Part shown: positions 25,690 to 39,768 of the stretch, one piece after another
Numbering within the stretch: position 1 is the stretch's first letter
How the letters are laid out: each line of letters begins with the position of its first letter
Source: Octopus vulgaris
Taxonomy: Eukaryota
Direction: 5' to 3'
DNA length: 64,000 nucleotides
Assembly (NCBI GenBank): GCA_951406725.2
Contig: OX597826.1
Coordinates: 51,088,001-51,152,000 of the forward strand
The notes under the pieces: model-generated
Databases searched by the model: none
The model's input: only the letters and a program-made list of their open reading frames with translations
Told to the model about the DNA's origin: nothing
Translations under genes and position numbers: made by a program

Positions 25690-27990
25690 TGGCAAGGATT
25701 AACTCTAAAAGTATTGGCATAATATTTTTAGAAATCTGCACAAAGAGCTAACTTACTGTTGCAACGTAATTACGAAGGAACTGTCAATGACCCCTGGACC
25801 ACTGGTCAATGGTACCACTTTTTTTGCTCCCCCAAAATGATGAAACCAAACTCTCTTAAAGCTACAGACCTTTGACATGCGTTTAAACAATGTACAAAAT
25901 TCTTTCATCTGTCCTAATGGAATGAACTTATGCTTTTCTCATTAATGTCAATATTTTTCTTGGTGAACAAAAAAGCTGTAAACGTGGGTCATCTTGATGC
26001 AAGGATGAACTTGTTAATAAGCAAAATGATTCTTGATGATTGCCACAACAGGAAAAAATATCTTTCAGTAGCTAGGATAAATTACAAGAAGGCCTTTTAT
26101 TCTCCCCTTTACAGTTGGTTTGAGGAATATCTGGAGGCATTCAAACTTTCACCAATAATCAGGAATTTTTTATTATTTCATGTCATAACGCTATGGGAAA
26201 CGACATCAATTCTCAACACGGATTCTATAACTATAAATACTGGAGAAGTCAATAATAATGAGGGAATCTTCCAAGGGGACTCATTATCGCTTTTGTTATT
26301 CTGTTTAGTACTGTTTCTCATTAGTAAATTCCTGCATGAAACTAATCATGGGTACAAAGAATGTGAAAAGGCTATCATATCAGTCATTTTTTTCCTATGT
26401 ATATGATTTGAAACTTTGCATAAAAAACAGAAATTTAGTGAGGACATCAAAACGGAATTTGGGCTTGACAAGTGCGCCAAAGCTTATTTATTAAGGGAAA
26501 ACTATCAAACACATGCATCATAAACCCAGATAGAGATATCAAAATAAAAGAATTTTGAACTTGAAGGCAGCTATAATTTCTAGGTGTCTGTGAAGATGCA
26601 ATTAAGCACTCACTAATGAGAGAAAAGATGAGAAAAGAATGCTGTCGTAGAGTAAGAGCTATTCTGAAAACTCAGTTGAATGCCAGAACAAACTCGAGGC
26701 CGTAAAAACGTTAGCCATGCCTGTTATCACATTCAAGCTAGTCCATCTCTATGATCAACAAAGGTGATGTCAAAATCAGAAAGCTGATGGTAACCATCGT
26801 ATCACCGGAAAGTAGACATATATGGAATATACTTTCTGAGAAAAGAAGACTGTCGGTGGTTAATACAGTCCTAATTCTCATTGAAAATTGCAACCATAGG
26901 ACTTTGTGTTTAACGAGCAAATGACGGGATATTGAAGCTTGTCCTGAAGCATGGAAATACCAAAAAGTTGCTCTCAATGAATAAAATTGCAATAATATAC
27001 CCTCAGAAAATGCAGCTAGACGAATCAGTACCTGAAGAAAATACGACCCTAATTGAAAAAACAAAACAAAGAAAATATTGCCAAACAAACCAGCATCTAA
27101 TACTACACTAAGGAGAAATGGGAGCAAAAAAACCACTGCATGGCAAATAACCGATTAGACCTTGGCATCCTGATATAAATCAAAGCCTTATCTACCAGTG
27201 TATAAACTGAGGAGTATATTCTTGTGGTCAGGATTGGTACCTTCCACCTAGGAATTACAAGTGTAATGATTTGAAACATAAAAGCAGCCCATCGTGCTGC
27301 GTATGCAGAGAACATCCAGACACATCGACCACATAATCTCTGGATGAGGCTGGCTTTCGGGCCGAAGAAGACCGCCGATCGCCACCGACTCCAAATGGGC
27401 CCGGCACCCGCTCTGAAAGGCTCCGATCGAGAGAACTCCGAACTTAGCCGAGCAAAACGATCGACCGTGTACGACCTTTGCGGTACAGCTCGCGATGACC
27501 AGTGCGGCCGATGAGATTCGCCGATACTTAGGGAATCCCGATTGGTTTCTTTTCCTCTACTTAACGATATGCTTAAGTTCGGTAGGTAGTCTCCAGCAGA
27601 ATTCTTGAAAAGGCATGAGAGGGCTGCTCAGTACACATATACAGATCAATATACCGCATACACATCCTTCTCCGTTAACACAAACCACCACAAGTTCTCC
27701 GGAATGCTGAAGTTACCAACTTCATACTGTTCGGGAAATTCAGGCGATCCGATCAGATATTGTAAAAAATCATGTTGAAAACACATGTTTCTTGATGGAT
27801 GTTGTAGCCCCAGCTGACAAAACTACATCCCCGAAAACGTTTGAGAAATTGATAAAATATAAGGCCTTACAAAAAGAAATTAAAAGGATGTAGTACCTCT
27901 GAGCAACAACGTTACCTATTGTTATTGGAGCACTTGGGATGATATAAAAAAGAGCAAGCAAACATGCAGACCAATTTCCTGGCTCTCTCA
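25690..27990 (+). mobile_element. Decayed R4/Dong-like (RLE-type) LINE
   Basis: INYKKAF, GIFQGDSLS, EFGLDKCA (RT); CCHC knuckle remnant (C...DHIISG); AEFLKRH; DVVAPAD and PIVIGALG (restriction-like endonuclease region). Many stops and frameshifts. Confidence 0.85.
27347..27592 (-). rRNA. 28S rRNA 5'-end fragment (non-functional insertion)
   Basis: Minus strand GACTACCTACCGAACTTAAGCATATCGTTAAGTAGAGGAAAAGAAACCAATCGGGATTCCCTAAGTATCGGCGAA matches the conserved LSU 5' end (ITS4/LR0R region), followed by GC-rich D1-like sequence. Confidence 0.85.
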
Positions 27991-28649
27991 TATTTTACGT
28001 AAATTCTTCTCCATGTAAATGCAATGTTGCTTATTCCATGTTATAAATTTTATGAAAAGATTTTATTTTATACTCAGGTATTAGTTTTTTTTCAACTGCA
28101 CGGCACTTCGTGTGTTATATTGTCTCTTGATGTCTCTGGTTGAAGACTTGGGCGCAACTTGCGTAAATTAAAGCAAAAACAAAAAAGACAAAAAAAAAAA
28201 AACAAAAACAAAACAAAGCAAAACAATGGCTTCCGATTAAGGTAAAAAGTAAGCAATTTTGAGGGGAGGGGCATTACTATCGATTCGATCCTAGAACTTA
28301 TCTGGCACGTTGCTGTAACGACACTAGAAGGATGAAAAGTTAAGTTGAACTGGGAGGGAAATGAACTTCTATAAAGAACCGAAACGAATATTGTAAAATA
28401 TTGTATTTTTCTAATGCCCTAAGGGGTCTGCTCAATGACATTACATGAACATATGTTTTTTAAGGCATTTAATTTATATAGCGCATTTGATTCTGGTTTC
28501 AAATCCCAATGGTACTCTCTTGATCTTTAATTCCTCCATAATTGACAAAGTGAATACCAGTGATATTCCGTTGATCGAGAGAAACTGTGTACCCATCCTT
28601 TTTAAGTGCGTAGTGTTGTTCCAATGTATAATAGATATGTATAATGTTC

Positions 28650-28793
28650 TGAGGTCGACTTTGCCTTTCATCTTTTCGGGGTCGATTAAATAAGTACCAG
28701 TTACGCACTGGGGTCGATATAATCGGCTCAATCCGTTTGTCTGTCCTTGTTTGTCCTCTCAGTGTTTAGCCCTTTTGTGGGTAGTAAAGAAAC
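28650..28793 (+). mobile_element. 5'-truncated SINE family B with 17-bp TSD
   Basis: AGATATGTATAATGTTC at 28633-28649 and 28794-28810. Confidence 0.9.
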
Positions 28794-29489
28794 AGATATG
28801 TATAATGTTCAGCGTGAACATGTAGCGTTTAGTTTATAACTTAGATCAGGAAGTTTGAGATCAAATCCCGCGTTACATCTTCACTTCACCTCGATGTCAA
28901 CAAAACAAATACCAGTTATAAACTAGAGCTGATGCAACAGATCGTTTACACTTCTATTACCAACAAATTGCAGCCTGGCGCCAGTGAGAATAATCAATGC
29001 TATTTATTATATTAGGTATCTTAGGCTAAGTACAACACTGACTGACTGAATAAGCTACGGCATGAGGTGCAGTTACTACGTGTAAATCACACCTTAGTCC
29101 GAAAGGTTAGCCAATAGTGAAAGGTAGTATCAGCTTCTAGTTTAAATATATTACAATTCAAGCTAACATGAGCGGCTTTGTCCGGTCGCTCGACATGCAA
29201 GAAATAGTAATCATATATTCTTCAATCCACACACTACTGTCTTAAAAACAACGGAAAGGGCTTAGCGAATAGTGTAGTTTTAGATACATTATACCCGAAC
29301 TAAAGACAGCATTGTCACTGATGGAAATCCTTTAATTATAGGTTTACTCGACCAAGGTTTACGTAAGGTTGAACAACAACTAAAAAAATTAAAAGAATGT
29401 CTCACGCTTCGAGACTAAGTCTCATGAAGTCAGAGTTTATCTGGATTTTCAAAGTGTTTAGGTCGTAGTTGTAACCATCACGCAAAACG

Positions 29490-29630
29490 GGTGCTCAGTT
29501 TTCGTTGAGTGCTCTTGAACAATCTGAAATTGAGAGCCTCGCGCAAGAAAAGAATGCACTGCTCAGCTCGGGAATTGAATCCACAACCTAATGACTGCAA
29601 ACACAACATCCTAACCACCAGGCGCACGAC
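29490..29630 (-). mobile_element. tRNA-derived SINE (family C-like), degenerate
   Basis: Minus strand cgcctggtggttaggatg...ggattcaattccc with A/B-box-like motifs. Confidence 0.45.
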
Positions 29631-29759
29631 TGTTTCAATACATATGAACCTTTTCATAGACAATTATATATTGAAACGTTTATATGGTTGTAAGTTATTT
29701 AATCCGTAATAAGTAATACCAATCTATCTATATAGATTGATTGGATTATATATATATAC

Positions 29760-32093
29760 ATTAGACCGAATGAGACAACAAATCCAAGGCTGTAAGGAGT
29801 TTTCAGGACATTTATAATGAAATAGTCTTACAGCTGTTTCTGGGATATTATGGATATCCCTTCATCAGAGACGGCGTGAGAAATATTTGAGTTCGAATTA
29901 TTGTGGAAAAGATAGGGAATATAGAGGGAAATAAGAGAATGAAAGTAGAAATAAGATATATAAAGATATTGTAGTTGCAGTTCCATTATTGTTGTGTAAG
30001 TTCCAATAGCAGTTCATATTTAGTCAATTCAAAGCATCGTGGAATAAGGTGTTGGAAGTCGTGGAATAATGTGTTGCTCGTTCGAAAGGGTTTTGTGGTG
30101 TGAATGAAAATTTGAGAATGTATTGGTAGTATTTATGGATAGATGGAGGAGAGATATGTATGATTAGAAAGAGGAGATAGGTCAAATTTAAAGCAAGGAG
30201 AGAAAATGAGAGGAAGAAAGAGAGAAAAAGAAAAAAGAAAATAGGGAGAGAGACAAAAGCAAAGAGTGAAAAAAAGGGAGAGAAACAAAAGCAAAGATTG
30301 AAAAAACGGGAGAGAGACAAAAGCAAAAAGTGAAAGAAAAAATGAAGAAATGGTGAAGGAAGTGAAAGAGGAAGTGTTAGTTAGTGGTCAAGATAATGTC
30401 CTCACATGAGGATGGGAGAAGTGTGGGGGAGGGAGAAGAAGAGATGAGAAGGTGAGGAGTAAAAGAATGTGAGATATGTGAGTAGGGGTGATATGACAGA
30501 TCTGCATTAAGGGATAGGTAGAAAAAAGGTAGAGAAAAGTGAGTAGTAGTTTTGATACTAAAATTTGAGCTGGAGGGAAGAATACGAGGATGTCAAATTA
30601 CTATAAATAGACGTGTGCGATAGGTTAGTGAAAGGTAAGAAAAGAAGGAAAGAATGTATATTTGCGAATATGTATACATATACATGCATGCACACATATA
30701 TATAGACATATAAATACCCCTATACATAAGCGTACATACCTATGGATGCTCACGTGCATCCATAGGTAATGTTCGTGCGCATACACGTATATATACATGT
30801 ACATGCACATACGTGCGCACAACTGCACACACATTTACATATAGGTAGTTACGTATATATATACACACATATACACACTCATTCATATATATTTGTATAT
30901 ATAAATGCACGCACACATACATACGCACACACGCACATATATATGAGTATACACACACACATATATTTACATATACCCACATACAAATACATACACACAT
31001 AAAATACCTGTGCACACATTTTTATACACATCCACATGTACCCGCTTGTATGTTCATATATATATATATTATTAAATAATTGTGATCCATAAAGTAAGAT
31101 GGGGAGTTAGTTAAAGATTAAAATTTAAAATGGTGATAGGTAGGGTTGTTGTAGATTACCTACGGGGTGTTGTGGATATATACTGTGTGATTATTTAGGT
31201 TGCATTTAGATTTGTGGTAACATTTGAAGGTATGACAAAAGCGGTGGTTGCATGTGCTTAGAACCTCATTATATTTGTGTAGTAGTGTTGAGGAGTTGTG
31301 TTATAATATGTGGAATGCTTCTTTAAGGCATAACTTACAGGCTAAGCGTTGACCTTGGTATGGAAGCCCTGAATCTTTTATGGACCATGACAGAGTATAG
31401 GCAATGTTTCTATTTTTGAGATGATGTATGTGACTGGAGAGTGTTGTGGATTTACTGTGTTTCTCGTATTGAGATGAGCGGCATAGCGCTGTTTAAAATT
31501 TATGGTTGACCCTATATATATGGCTGTAGACATGTGTAATGTGTTGAGGACGGTGCATTTATAAATTACATTAGACCTTCTACGATGGGTTTGTAGAGAA
31601 CAGATGGACCCAGGACAGCAGTTACAACTGGGTGCATTTTGGGTGTTATTTTCAGGAATAGCGGAGGTAATACTGTCAGAGGAGAGGTTAGAGAAGGTCT
31701 AAGGTTAGAGAGGTTAGAAAGGTTTAAGTTATTAGTATTATTAATGTTATTATTACTATTATTGTTATTATTGCTATCGTTGTTGTCAATCATTCTATCT
31801 GTAAGGGTGGTGGAAGTTGAGGTAGTATTCCGGTTAGTGCTAGTAGGGTGAGTTGGGTTATGGTTGTGATCTAACGTATGGGGTTCAATGCTGGAGCTGT
31901 GTACATGTTGGGCGCTCGTGCATTTAGAGTTGTTATTGTGTGAGTTTTGATAGTAGACAGAAAATATTTGTTTATTAGAGGCTGCTATAATAGATTCGAA
32001 GCTGAGTGGAGTGGAATAGGATAGCTTCAGGGTGGATCTATTAAAGATAGAGTAATATTTATGTATATATGTATATATATATATGTATATGTA

Positions 32094-32160
<67 letters not shown>

Positions 32161-32163
32161 ATG

Positions 32164-32238
<75 letters not shown>

Positions 32239-32345
32239 GTAGACACACATTCACATGCTTTTTCCAAGATTAAGGCTACCATTGATTTCATATTAGTGAA
32301 GCCCTTAACAATTATCAAGCCTACCAAATCAGTGTTCGTCTCCAT
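29760..32345 (-). mobile_element. Decayed Penelope-like element (RT C-terminus, GIY-YIG endonuclease, 3' region with hammerhead)
   Basis: [13 protein letters not shown] (PLE RT C-terminus); VIYKCTV...AIYIGSTINFKQRYAAH (GIY-YIG) at ~31480-31570; same-strand hammerhead at 29825-29872. Interrupted by microsatellites. Confidence 0.75.
29825..29872 (-). ncRNA. Type I hammerhead ribozyme, intact core
   Basis: Minus strand: GTCT-CTGATGA-A-GGGATAT ccata ATATCCC-A-GAAA-CAGCTG-TA-AGAC. Stems I and II pair, stem III is palindromic, GUA cleavage triplet. Confidence 0.85.
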
Positions 32346-32427
32346 TTGTATGTATGTATGTATGCATGCATGTATGTATGTATGTATGTATGTATGTATG
32401 TATGTACGTACGTACGTATGTATAAGT

Positions 32428-32697
32428 ATTTTACTTGTATCAGTAATTGACTGCGGCCAAGCTGGTGCACTGCCTTGAAAGTTTTAAGTTGAATGAATCG
32501 ACTCCACGACTTATTTTTATTAAAGTCTGATACTTATTCTATCGGCCTCTATTCCGAACCGCTACGTTACGGGGATGTAAACAAACGAACACTGGCTGTC
32601 TAGCAGTGGTGGAACAAAAAAAAAATACACATACATATACGACGGGCTACTTTTTAATTTTCCGTCTACCAAATCCACTCACAAGGCGTTGGTCGGT
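32428..32697 (-). mobile_element. SINE family A, 3' part
   Basis: ttttacttg...tgactgcggcc...ccgtctaccaaatccactcacaagg. Confidence 0.75.
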
Positions 32698-32947
32698 ACA
32701 TACAGTGTACGTACCTACATGATATATATGTAATAAAATTGATTTGAGAAGCAAATCTATAGACATCTTACATCCGGTGAAGTAGTTTAAAAAGTGTATA
32801 TTTCTAGCTTATTGCTTCTGAAGTATTTATATGGATAGCATTGAAGAAATTAGATTAGCGACTTTTCAGCTAGTTTAATTTTATTGCACATGAATTAACG
32901 CATACAAACACATGCTCACACGCGCACACACAATATATTATAATATG

Positions 32948-33337
32948 CTAGCAGTATCGCCTGGCGTTGCTCGGGTTTGTTTCGACCCTTTAGAATTGGA
33001 ATTTTTGAAAAGTAAAAATTTTGCATTATGTAGCTTGTTATTTTCTTTAAGTGAACATTTTTCTGGTTGAAATACACCGAAAAATGGCGACACAGCAGCC
33101 AAAAAATCGTAAAAAATAGGGATTTTCATAGAAAAAAAGCACCTTTTTGATGTAAATAATTTTTGGTCTTAACATGGCCCGATTTGAATTTTATCTTCTA
33201 AGGAATGAAGAGCAAGCCCTCTTCTATCATACTCTTAATTTTGGTCAACTTGCGCCGCAGGGTCTCGGAGGAGATAGTGTTAGTTGAAGGCTACCAAACC
33301 TGCCATACACAGACAACTTCAGCTTTATATATATAGA
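32948..33337 (-). mobile_element. Non-autonomous Helitron, second copy
   Basis: Close reverse-complement match to 13283-13665, with 5' TC, subterminal hairpin and 3' CTAG. Confidence 0.85.
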
Positions 33338-33700
33338 TTTGGATGAATATCATGTTCAATAGGGTGTTTTTATTAAAAACTGTCATTTGTCTGAAATACT
33401 CAACAAGAAAACTAAGAGAATCGATTAAAAAGGGTTTGTTGTAGTTTCTTCTTCTTCTTCTTCTTCTTCTTCTTCTTCTTCTTCTTCTTCTTCTTCTTCT
33501 TCTTCTTCTTCTTCTTCTTCTTCTTCTTCTTCTTCTTCTTCTTCTTCTTCTTCTTCTTCCCCACCTCTCTTCTTCACCACCTTTCTTCTTTCCCCTCTCC
33601 CACTTTTCCTTCTCCTCTTCTCCCTTTCTCTCACTTCCTCTCCGTCAATTCCTGCTCCTGCTCCTCCTGCTCCTGCTATCCCAGTGTGCAGGAATGACAA

Positions 33701-33816
<116 letters not shown>

Positions 33817-34365
33817 TAATAATAATAATACAAGACTAAGAGATAATGTGAAATGGGAGGAATAAAAAAGAGCATGAGAGCGATTTTTGCTATTTTATTA
33901 TTTGCTTGTTGTTGCTCCTTTCCTATCGACTTTTGTCTTCGAAATTCAGAATTTCATCTGAAAGGAATTTTTAAACGAACGGTCGTAGTAATATCTACAG
34001 ATTAATTAGTTTTGATAAAAATGGTATTGGAACGAATAATTCTTTGAATATTGAAATATATCAATGGTTAGGAAATGGAAATTTATCGATGCTGAACGGT
34101 AAGAATTGTGCCAAAACAACTGCAGAATTTTCGAGTCGATTCAAATACCAATTCGCCTTTGAGAAACAAGAGCCCAGTCTTTAGTTTGCCTTTGTTTAGA
34201 CGTAGGGCAAAGAACGGACGAAGGTTTGTCTCAATGATCGATAAAGTAATCGATAATATAATTACAATCAAGTGAGAATGACATAAAATTAATATTTCTT
34301 CTTACACGATGATGAAGTTAAAGTAGTAATTTCATTAGTATATTAATGGGAAGAGAATTCACCCG

Positions 34366-34409
<44 letters not shown>

Positions 34410-34559
34410 CATACATAAATACATATATATATATCTATATCAATATATATCTATATATATCTATATATATATATGTATATATATATGTATATATGTATAT
34501 ATATATATATGTATATATGTATATATATATGTATATATGTATATAAATATATGTATATG

Positions 34560-34595
<36 letters not shown>

Positions 34596-34638
34596 GATAC
34601 ATACATACATACATACATATATATATTTATATTATATA

Positions 34639-34683
<45 letters not shown>

Positions 34684-34708
34684 TAAATAGTTGGATGATT
34701 AAAGATGT

Positions 34709-34750
<42 letters not shown>

Positions 34751-34778
34751 TGATAAATGGAATTATATATACTATAAT

Positions 34779-34842
<64 letters not shown>

Positions 34843-35429
34843 AAGAGAGAGAGAGAAAGAGAGAGAGAGTAAAAGAGAAAAAGAGAAAAAGAGAAAGAGA
34901 AAGATGCATGAATTCCAACTAAATGGCCAGACAGATAGAAAACCTAGATATACAGGAGCGAAGAGTGATGAGAAAGGAGGCAGAGTGAGTGGTCTATGTA
35001 CAGCAAATAACAGAAAACTTCTGATTAAGTCTTTTCATTCCAGTGACAGGTTTCGCTGAAGAGCTAACAAACCTGTTGGAGAAAATGAGAGCTGACAATC
35101 GGAGTTCTTTGTTTGTTGTAATGACGGAAAGGATCAAATAATGCGATTAAACCGAGTCAGCAATGAATGATTGGAGCGAAAGACAACTATGAAATAATTT
35201 AATTTCGAAGAAGAAACGAAGATTATGGCTTCAATGTACTTCAGAATGATGACGTTTGGCAGAATATAATCCATACAGAAAACGAAGACATTAACTGGAT
35301 AAATGGAAAGCAGTCTACGTTTTACTGTGACCATCGCCTAGACACTTAGCTCTTAAATGGTGTCAGGCCACTCAGCTGGAAATAGGTACCATCTTCAGTT
35401 CCAGTTAATTGCTGTATTTTGTGGGAAGT

Positions 35430-35690
35430 TTCTCGCGTCCTAGTGGTTAGGGTGTTCCGTTCACGATCGCAAAATCGTGCTTTTGATTCCTGGATCAAGC
35501 GGTGCGATGTGCTCTAGAGCAAAACACCTCATTTCACGTTGCTCCAGTCCACTCAGCTACAAGTTATTTCTAGCAATAGTTGGGAAGTTAATCCTGTGAA
35601 GGACCGGCGGTCCGTCGAGAGGGAAATGTTGTGAAACAGGTTTAATCTCCGGCCTTATGAGTCGCGGGGCCCACGGCAGACCTTAGCCCT
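35430..35690 (+). mobile_element. tRNA-derived SINE (family C-like), degenerate
   Basis: cctagtggttaggg...ttttgattcctgga...gagcaaaacacc...ccagtccactcagct. Confidence 0.5.
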
Positions 35691-36299
35691 GTATAGAAGA
35701 CAAGCGTTTTATTAGTATGTAGTGCAGGTGAAGTATGGCGACAAATTGGCCGTAGAGTGGTTATAGCATTGGAGAGAATGTCTCGCGGTATTTGTTCCGA
35801 CTCTGCTCTCAGATCTAAAATCGCGCTTAGGTTTATATCCTTTGGAGGTTGATAGAAAAATTACCAGTCTAGAGTGGAGAATGGCAAAAATGTTTGAGAA
35901 GTCAGGCAGGCTGACTTCCCTAGTGGCTTTTTGCATTGGCAGTAATACCAGCCTTAACACTGGTGCCAAGCAGTATCGACTCTAGTGAAGAAAGGTTGTG
36001 CACGGTCACCCTCACTCTCTAGTCGGTGACCACTTTCAATCCCGTGGCAAGACTAGGTCAAGAAGACTGGGGAGGGAAACGGGTGCAGTGGGTGACCCTG
36101 GTATCTTGCTTGCCTCAGCTTGTTCACTGCACTCCACAATGCGTTGCTGCAGATATCTGTCTCTCCATTGAACCACGAAGGTTTCGTCTGCAGTGTTAGC
36201 TGGATCCAGTCTTTACGTGCATAGGTAAGCAAGCCCTAACGCGGTTAGAGCTGTATGGTTGAACTTGTAGGAGGCTTAACTTGCAGGTAAATGGCTTTA

Positions 36300-36830
36300 G
36301 TTAAGATTAGAGATAGATATAAATGAGAGGAAAGATAGAAAACCTCGGGGATCGTTATCTCCGATAAATGCATTATATAAAACTAAAGATGGAAACGATA
36401 TCAAATTAATGCAGGGGAAATCAGAAACAGCATGGATATCACCAAATATAAAAGAATCAGAACTGTCTAAATTCTATTGAAGTCACGCAAATCATAGCAT
36501 TTAACAGAGTCACATTGAAAATTGTTCCTTTTCGCTGTCGTGATGACTTCGATATTCCAGTGTCCATTCACAATCAGTCAGCTTCTATACTTGGCTTAGA
36601 CTTCATTAATGAAAATCAAGTTTCCGTCCGCCATTTTGAAATCCTTGACAGTCTTCCCGCAAGATGGCTTTGAAAAGGAACTTTTCCTTTATACCTGTAA
36701 CAAAGATATCACCATTTATTGATTGTTGCGTTGTCGTTGTTGTTGTTGTTGCTGCTAGGTTCTATGCCAGCTCTCTGTAGAATACTGAAGATCGCTTATA
36801 GGAACAGAAACATCAATTCTGAAGTCCTGA
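36300..36830 (+). mobile_element. Possible Penelope-like 3' remnant with degenerate hammerhead
   Basis: DIPVSIH...SILGL resembles the PLE GIY-YIG C-terminus. AGAATA-CTGAAGA...GAAA-CA-TC-AATTCT at 36779-36820. Confidence 0.35.
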
Positions 36831-37139
36831 GAAAAGCCAATTCGCACAGACTGCCAGAGATTGTGGCAGAAGAGTGAGGCTTGCAGGTCACGTGTTTCAA
36901 CCACTTGAAGGACGGATACCCAAGACGGCTATACAACAGGTATTACCTGTCATGAAATCTCTTGACAACATTTATTAATTGAAGAGATGGCCTCCTTCTA
37001 TAAAGAAATAGCAATCAACACACACACACATATCGGTGGGCTTGGAATCCTTGGTTTGAACTCACAACAGAATACAGCTGAAGATAACGTAAGGCATTCT
37101 ATCAGAGTGGGAGAGAAAGATCGACTGAAACTCAGAGGT

Positions 37140-37178
<39 letters not shown>

Positions 37179-37466
37179 GAGAGAGAGAGAGGGAGGGAGA
37201 GAGAAAGAAAGAGAGAGAGGCTAAGAGATACATGATACATTTTGTTATTAGTTGCCTCGGACCCTTATCTTATTGATGGAATCGAAGGAGCGCCTTCGTG
37301 ACATTCTTAGTACCCTGCACAATTTTAGACTTGACAGAGACTATTCCTATCTATGTCCGATCACAAGTGACTTCACCAAGAAAGTGGGATAAACTGACAC
37401 GCAGTGAGTAAAAGTGAGAGAAACTGGTATTTTATTTATCGGATTTGAAAAGATGAAAGGCAAATA

Positions 37467-37583
37467 CGGGATTTGAACTCAGAATGTAGATACCCGGAAT
37501 GATTATCGTAATATAATTAATTCAATTTAACCGACGTATTACGATAATCATTCCGGGTGTCTACATTCTGAGTTCAAATCCCG
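37467..37583. repeat. Inverted repeat, 47-bp arms and 23-nt spacer, partly SINE-B derived
   Basis: 37467-37513 pairs with 37537-37583 with a single G-T wobble. Confidence 0.9.
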
Positions 37584-37591
37584 CATCTGCT

Positions 37592-37625
<34 letters not shown>

Positions 37626-37636
37626 TGTGTGTGTGA

Positions 37637-37719
<83 letters not shown>

Positions 37720-38057
37720 TATGTGTGTGAATGTGTGAGTGTGTGCATGTGCGCATGTATGGGTGTATGTCTGCGTAGATTAATAGCAAGAGAGAAAAGG
37801 ATGAAGAAAGTATGTGAGAATAGATGAGAGATTGGGAGAGATAGAGTGCAGAAGAGTAAAATAGAAGAGAAAGAGGGTGAGCAAGGGAGGAAGAAAGAGA
37901 GAGTAAGGGTGGGAGAAGAAAAAACGATGAAAGAGGGAGTGAGAATGGAAAAGAGAGATGGAGAGAGAGAAAGGAGGGAAGGAGGGAGAGAGAAAGGTAG
38001 AGAGAGAGAGAGAGAAAGACAGAGAGATAGACATAGATATAGAGAGAATATCAGACT

Positions 38058-38101
<44 letters not shown>

Positions 38102-38217
38102 AAGTAGAGAGAGGAAAAAGAGTAAGAGAAAAATGTGAATGTAAAAGAAAAGAGGATTAAAAGGTAGTGTGTGTGTGCGTGTGAGAGAGAGAGAGGTAGT
38201 GATAGAGATAGAGTGTA

Positions 38218-38255
<38 letters not shown>

Positions 38256-39167
38256 GTTGTGTAAGAGAGAGATATTGAGATAGAGTGTGTGTGAGAGAGA
38301 GAGAAGGAGAGGAAGAAAACTGGTGGAAATGTGAGAAATCATATATAAAGAGAGAGAGAGAGAGAGGAAGAGGGAGAGAGAGGAAGTGGGAGAGAGAAAG
38401 AGAGGAAGAGAGAGAGAGAGATAAGCGTGTATGCACCTGGTTAGAATATACGACGACGTAAGACGAAGGTAAAAATTGATGTTCAATGAAGAAGTGTCTG
38501 AGGAAGTTAATTCGATTCGACAGCAAGTGCTTCGGTAATAGAGCCCCCACCACTTCTCCATCGCACACACACACACACACACACACATTTATCGTTACTC
38601 GTATTAATACATATATATTTACCTACATGCAAATAATAATCTAGGGTACATGCACTCAAGCACAAACAAACATACACACACACACACACACACGTGTATG
38701 TATGTATGTATGTATGTATGTGTATATATATATGTATATATTTATACGTGCAGAGATAAACACACACATACGTATATACATATATATACATGAATACATA
38801 CACATACACATATATAAATCTATACACACATACACACACACATTATATATGTGTGTGTATGTGTATCTCTGCATGTATATATATATATATATATATATAC
38901 ATTTTCTCATTTTGTATATATATATATATATTTATACATGCAGAGATACACTCACACACACGTATATACATATATACATACATGAATAGATACTCACACA
39001 TACACATATATAAATCTATACACACACACTTACTCTATATATGTGTCTGTATGTCTGTGTGTGTCTATAGAAATAAATATTTCGAAAATAACGCGAATAC
39101 ACTGAGACATACATGCTTACATAAGAAATCAAAAGAGAAAGAGGGAGAATGAAAGAGAATGAAAGAG

Positions 39168-39234
<67 letters not shown>

Positions 39235-39298
39235 AAGAAAGAAAGAACGAGAAGATAAATCGACAAATATAATGATTAAGACAAGATCCAGTGTATCA

Positions 39299-39329
<31 letters not shown>

Positions 39330-39341
39330 CATCATCATCAT

Positions 39342-39398
<57 letters not shown>

Positions 39399-39614
39399 AA
39401 TCATTATCATCGTTTAAATTTAATTTATCAATAAAATAAAATTGAATAGATGCAAGATATTTGATTTAATTAGATAATAGCTAATGAACAAGAAGAAGAA
39501 GAAGAACGATATTAATTGCAATAATAACATATAATAGAATTATTATGATTTTCAGTCTTATTATGTTATCTTAAATTAGTATAATAGACTCTACTCGTTC
39601 TTGTTCCCACTATT

Positions 39615-39768
<154 letters not shown>

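Noticed and set aside
27347-27592. Functional rDNA unit
   Set aside because: Only ~245 bp, with no 5.8S or further 28S, embedded in a LINE.
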